From assembly GCA_044892525.1 (NCBI GenBank), contig CM097885.1, positions 33,234,001 to 33,294,000 of the forward strand: DNA of 60,000 nt, in the 5' to 3' direction. This stretch comes from Schmidtea polychroa (Eukaryota). Under the pieces are notes generated by a model that had not been told where the DNA came from, made no database searches, and worked only from the letters and a program-made list of their open reading frames with translations. Both the position numbers and the translations under genes were made by a program. This document shows, piece after piece, positions 55,266 through 60,000 of this stretch; position 1 is the first letter of the stretch; every line of letters begins with the position of its first letter.

Positions 55266-56499
55266 TTTTAAATTATCAAATTACTACATTGAATACACAA
55301 AAGGACAGTATAAAAATTATATTATAATACATTATTGTTTTATATGAACATACCTACAAAGATTATGAATATTTACTATAAAAAACAAAACTTATAAACA
55401 TAATCATTTAATACAGGTAATTATAATTATAAAATATGCAATTTGAAAACTTTTCACGCTATTTATCACTTTCAACCTTCTTAGAGTAGTAGAGGGTAAA
55501 TGTAAATTATAATTTATTTTAAAAATTTTCAATTTTAAACATTTTTGGAAATTTCGAAAACGATAATAGATTACTGGAAATTATTGAAAATGTAGAAAAA
55601 TTATCAGTAAATGAAAATATTTTAGAAGAACTTTAAAATGTATTTAAATAAAAATTAAATAAATTAATCACAAAATTAATCACAAATGACCTGTAATTCA
55701 TAATAAATGTGTCATTGGTGTTTTATGTCAGTGAGTCTTATGTAATATAAAAAATTTGGTATGGTAAAAGATGGCAAATTTAAATATTTAATTAAGTTTT
55801 GTATATTTTGTTTTTTAAATATCAATTTTTATTAATGGTCATTTTTATAATTATTTAATAGATAATAGTTATTAGCTATATTTCCAGGATACAGTGATTT
55901 CACGTGTAATTTAATCACCTATTTCTTGTTAAAATAATTATTCGTACAGACACTAACAGGTGAAATTATTATCTTATTGTAAATTATTATAAGAACCTTT
56001 TTCAATTTTCATTTCTGATTTCCTTTCAATTGAATCGCTTGACAAAGACTGTGCTGAAAATTCGTGAATATCACAAAATATATCGATACCTTTATTGGCT
56101 CATAATCAATTTTTAAATAAATACAACGTTATTTTAAATTATTGATAAATTATTTAATACAAAGCATTATTATCCCTCCTTTTTATATTAGTCTTTCCCC
56201 TATAATTTTTGCAAACAAAACAAATAAATTAACAAACAACAAAATAATTATATGAACTGTATTTTCTTTAAAACAAGACAATTAGACAGATCACCTATTG
56301 CCTCTCTGTCCAAGGTAATCTCTTTATTGATTTTGGAGATATACTAACCTCATTATTTTCACATTTATTATTTATCTTTTTATTTTTGCCAAGTTGTGGC
56401 TCTCCATAATTTAAGTTTATTGTTTTTGGCTCTTATGGAAGAAATGATTGATCACTCATGTTATAGATATATCTACAGACACAACATTAGAAACCACAT

Positions 56500-56900
56500 T
56501 TCGGCAGGTTGAAATTGTTACATTTTGGATTCAATTATTGAATGAGTATTCGGAAATTTCAGAATAAATGGTGAAAGTATTAATACCTTTCGTAGCAACA
56601 TATCTTTACAAGAGATCTTTCTCTCTTTAACATTGCTACAAAGACAAAAATACAGAAACAAACTTGATGCAAAAAATGTCATGTGCCTTCGATTAACACC
56701 AATTTCTCCAAATATTGTAGCTAGTTCACCCAGGTCATTAATTTTATTATTTAAACAGCCATTTTAAGTTTTTATTGTGTTAATTTTTATCTCATTTTGA
56801 ATTTTATTATTTTTAAATAAATTTGAACTTATATTTCAAAAAGCTAACTTGGTATTCATAAATAAGGGTTCCGCGAGCTTTTGAAGTTTGAAGACCACTG
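56500..56900 (+). mobile_element. 3' fragment of hAT (Buster/Charlie-type) element
   Basis: FWIQLLNEYSEIS...LIPFVATYL...KYRNKLDA remnants and the end GGTTCCGCG...GTTTGAAGACCACTG. Confidence 0.7.
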
Positions 56901-57119
56901 CTTTTAAAGAATTACAATATTATTTTTAACTCGAATTCCTGTGAAGTTTCATCTATCGTGTTAGATAACCCCCTAATGTTTAGGGCCTAAACAATATCTG
57001 TAGACTTAATAACGTAGATGCATATTCCAGTAAATGAGCGGAAATATTCTATGTTTTCTTAGCTTTATACGTTAAGTCATACATGTATAATTCGCCAACT
57101 ACAAAGCCCGCTTTCTGAC

Positions 57120-59900
57120 TAGGGTTTCCATTCCGAGTACTCGGTTACTCGACTACTCGACAAATTCGTCAATTTATCGAGTTTTAGAATACTAAGTTAA
57201 TGGAATCGAGTACTCGAGTTTTAATAAAACAATTTTTTTTTGTAAAATATAACTTAAATTTGATGCATATAAATGAGACCATACTAAAAAACTACGATTA
57301 AAAAGGGTATCGAATTTTCATAATATATAAACACTGATTCGCCATCTGTTGAAAGATTGATTTGACATAATTCATAAAACTTGTTTAGTGTTTCTATAAC
57401 AAATGGCCGTAAGAACGTTTAAAATATTTTCTGGTTTTCGGTCAATGTTACCTGGCCAGTCAATGTTAGGCAATCTGACGGTTATTTTATTCTTATTATG
57501 TCTTAAATAAGTAAACAATATTTTTATTATATTATTATAAATTATGCGTGGTTGTAGCATAATTGTTTTTCTGCTGTAATAATTGAACAATACTTCACCA
57601 ATACACTCGCTCCATCATTTGTTGAAGCAACAATATCCGTTTCTAAATTCATTCCAAATTCTTTCAAAATATTCTCCACTAACTCTTTGGTTTTTTCAGC
57701 AGTACATTTTTCTTTAATTTCAACTAGTCCCTTACAGCTTAGAATTGTTCCGCAGTGATTGCATTTAGCTTCATTTGCATTGACATTTTGAAAATAATTT
57801 CAAGCTTCTGATTTTCTTTTACTCATTATGCCTATTGGTAATTAATATGTTAAAAAATGATTAAATAAAACTATTAGAACTTAACCTTATAAAAAAACTA
57901 TTAAAGTTGAAAATTTATCAAATAATAATAAAATTATTGTTTAATTTTAATTATAAGCACTACTGGATTAATAAACCATTTGAAATTGCACGATTTGCTT
58001 ATTTCTAGAAATAGTAAATGCAATGATACTGATTCTGAACCGTCAACATCTAAAACAATGAAGTTATCTAAAGCTTCAATTAAGAGCTTTTAAAATCTCA
58101 AATAAGTTTATCAGAAATTTTAGCGAAATGTGCAGCAAATGGATGGATTTTCATTTAATGCTATGATTCATTCATATGTAATTAAAGGCTATGTTACCAG
58201 CCGTAATTATGCCATGCCAAAAAGCTGTACTAGTATTCAAAAACATGTATTAAACTTTTTTGAAGAAAAAAAACAAGAGACCAAAACTGAATTAATAAGA
58301 TTATTGCATTCAAAAAAGAAATTTATTATAGCAGTTGACGAGTGGACAGATGTTTCAATGCGGAGATTTTTGAATGTGACTTTGCGCTCTTCAAATTCAA
58401 AGGAATATGTCCTTGGACTAGTTGAAATTAAAGGAAAATGTACTGCTGAAAAAACCAAAGAGTTAGTGGAGAATATTTTGAAAGAATTTGGAATGAATTT
58501 AGAAACGGATATTGTTGCCTCAACAAATGATGGAGCGAGTGTAATGGTGAAGTATTGTTCAATTATTACAGCAGAAAAACAATTATGCTACAACCACGCA
58601 ATTCATCTGGCCATCCTTAAAATTTTATATAAAAGTTAATTTAGATGAAGATAAGACTGAATATGATGATGAAGAACTTTTATATGATGAAGATGATGAA
58701 GATGAAGAAAATCAAGTTGATGAAGAAGATGACAGAAATTTAGTAATGGAAATGGAACAAAATTCGGAGTGTTTTTATTGGTTTCTGATATTAAATCAGC
58801 GTTATATGCAATGCAAAAAGTAATTAAATTTTTTAAAAATTCATCGATTCGTACTGAAATTCTATTAAAGCATGTACGGCAAAAAGAAGGCAAGAACTTA
58901 AGATTAATTTTAGATGTAAAAACTCGTTGGAATACATTGGCATCAGCTGTAAACAGATTTTTAAAGTTAATTGAATGTGTAAATAATGCCTTAGAAGAAC
59001 TTGGTTTACAAAAGTTTGATGAAAAATATATTCTTGTTCTAAAAAGCATATCAATTACGCTTGAACCTACAATGTTAGCAGTTCAAGAACTTAGCAAAAA
59101 AGATGCTAACTTAATAACAGCAGAAGAGTGAATCTTATACGTTATGAAGAAACTTAAGAATATAGATACTGAACTATCACTAAATTTATTAGAAATATTA
59201 AAAAATGAAATTGGGAAACGTAGAAATAGAGATATGGTGTCCCTACTTATATTTTTACATCAGGGAGCTTGTGTTAAACCAAACGAGAATGAGTTTTTAA
59301 ATTATTCATCTAAATCTAGCCTTAAAAATTATGCCAAGCAACTATTTCTAAGATTGTTTACCCACAATGAATTTGAAAATCGTGAAGTTGCAGAAGATTT
59401 AGAAACTGAAATAATACATTTAGAAGAAGATGAATTAACGGAATACGAAAATTTATAAAATTGTATTCAAAGTTTGGCTAGACCTAAGCAAATTAAATAA
59501 AATGAATTTAACATTGAAAGAGAATTTAAAAATCTTCAAGGAAATAGAGGGACTGTAGCTCCAACATCAACCTCTTGCGAAAGAGTATTCTCGGTATCAG
59601 GAAACAAAATGACAAAAATAAAATGTATAGATATTTAAATAATTAATATTTTGTCTAAAAAGTATTTTTGTTTTGACTAAAATATTTTTCTAATGTTTAA
59701 TGGATTAATTTAATTTTTTATTATGTTATACTTGTTATAATGAACTGTTTATGTTTTTAAATAAATAAGTATTTTTAATAACCTTTTGTTAAGAAATTAT
59801 TTTTCCTAGAAATTATTTCGAGTACTCTAGTAACCGGTTAATTAAAAAAAAGGTACTCGACTACTCGAGTAATTAAAACTCGAGGAAAATGGAAGCTCTA
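57120..59900 (+). mobile_element. hAT DNA transposon, decayed and internally rearranged
   Basis: TIRs TAGGGTTTCCATT / AATGGAAGCTCTA, perfect 8-bp TSD TTTCTGAC (57112-57119, 59901-59908), and subterminal TACTCG repeats. Confidence 0.92.
57955..59630 (+). pseudogene. hAT BED-finger transposase pseudogene
   Basis: STTGLINHL, then ORFs 58130-58639 (VDEWTD, NDGASVM, CYNHAIHL), 58769-59131 (TRWN) and 59144-59458, then PTSTSCERVFS near 59560-59590. Confidence 0.9.
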
Positions 59901-60000
59901 TTTCTGACGCATTGGATATTACTATAATTTGATTGGCTAGTTAGCATTCACTGCTGTCGGAAATGAATGCTGCTAACTTTGTCGTGTTCTATTGTTGATA

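Overview
Very AT-rich eukaryotic repeat landscape with long (ATT)n tracts and ~36-65 nt GT-AG introns. It looks like an invertebrate genome, possibly planarian, but that is inference only. No intact host gene is evident. Three related Polinton/Maverick-type elements with 5'-AGTAG...CTACT-3' ends dominate the window. Element A (7862-21264, 6-bp TSD AATTAA) and element B (31903-47268, 6-bp TSD TATGTA) are complete insertions in which I found no pPolB, integrase, ATPase or capsid gene. Both are instead giant near-palindromes, with arms of ~4.2/4.7 kb (A) and ~7.2/7.5 kb (B). Element C (22897-30040) has lost its left end. Their structure suggests copy-back (defective-interfering-like) Polinton genomes integrated in trans. 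All three share a ~80-140 bp module (15-bp TACCC repeats + GACA(A/G)AATATTTTGTC palindrome + GGATA...AGTATATA), with 14 full and 2 partial copies. It sits next to decayed cargo genes and coincides with rearrangement breakpoints and arm-to-arm differences. B and C also carry dense TCAAGGTCA and ATGAGTCAT arrays. The rest of the window holds decayed Ty3/Gypsy, several hAT, hATm, Merlin and piggyBac-like elements, a pPolB remnant and a Ser/Thr kinase pseudogene. All coordinates and alignments were read by eye.
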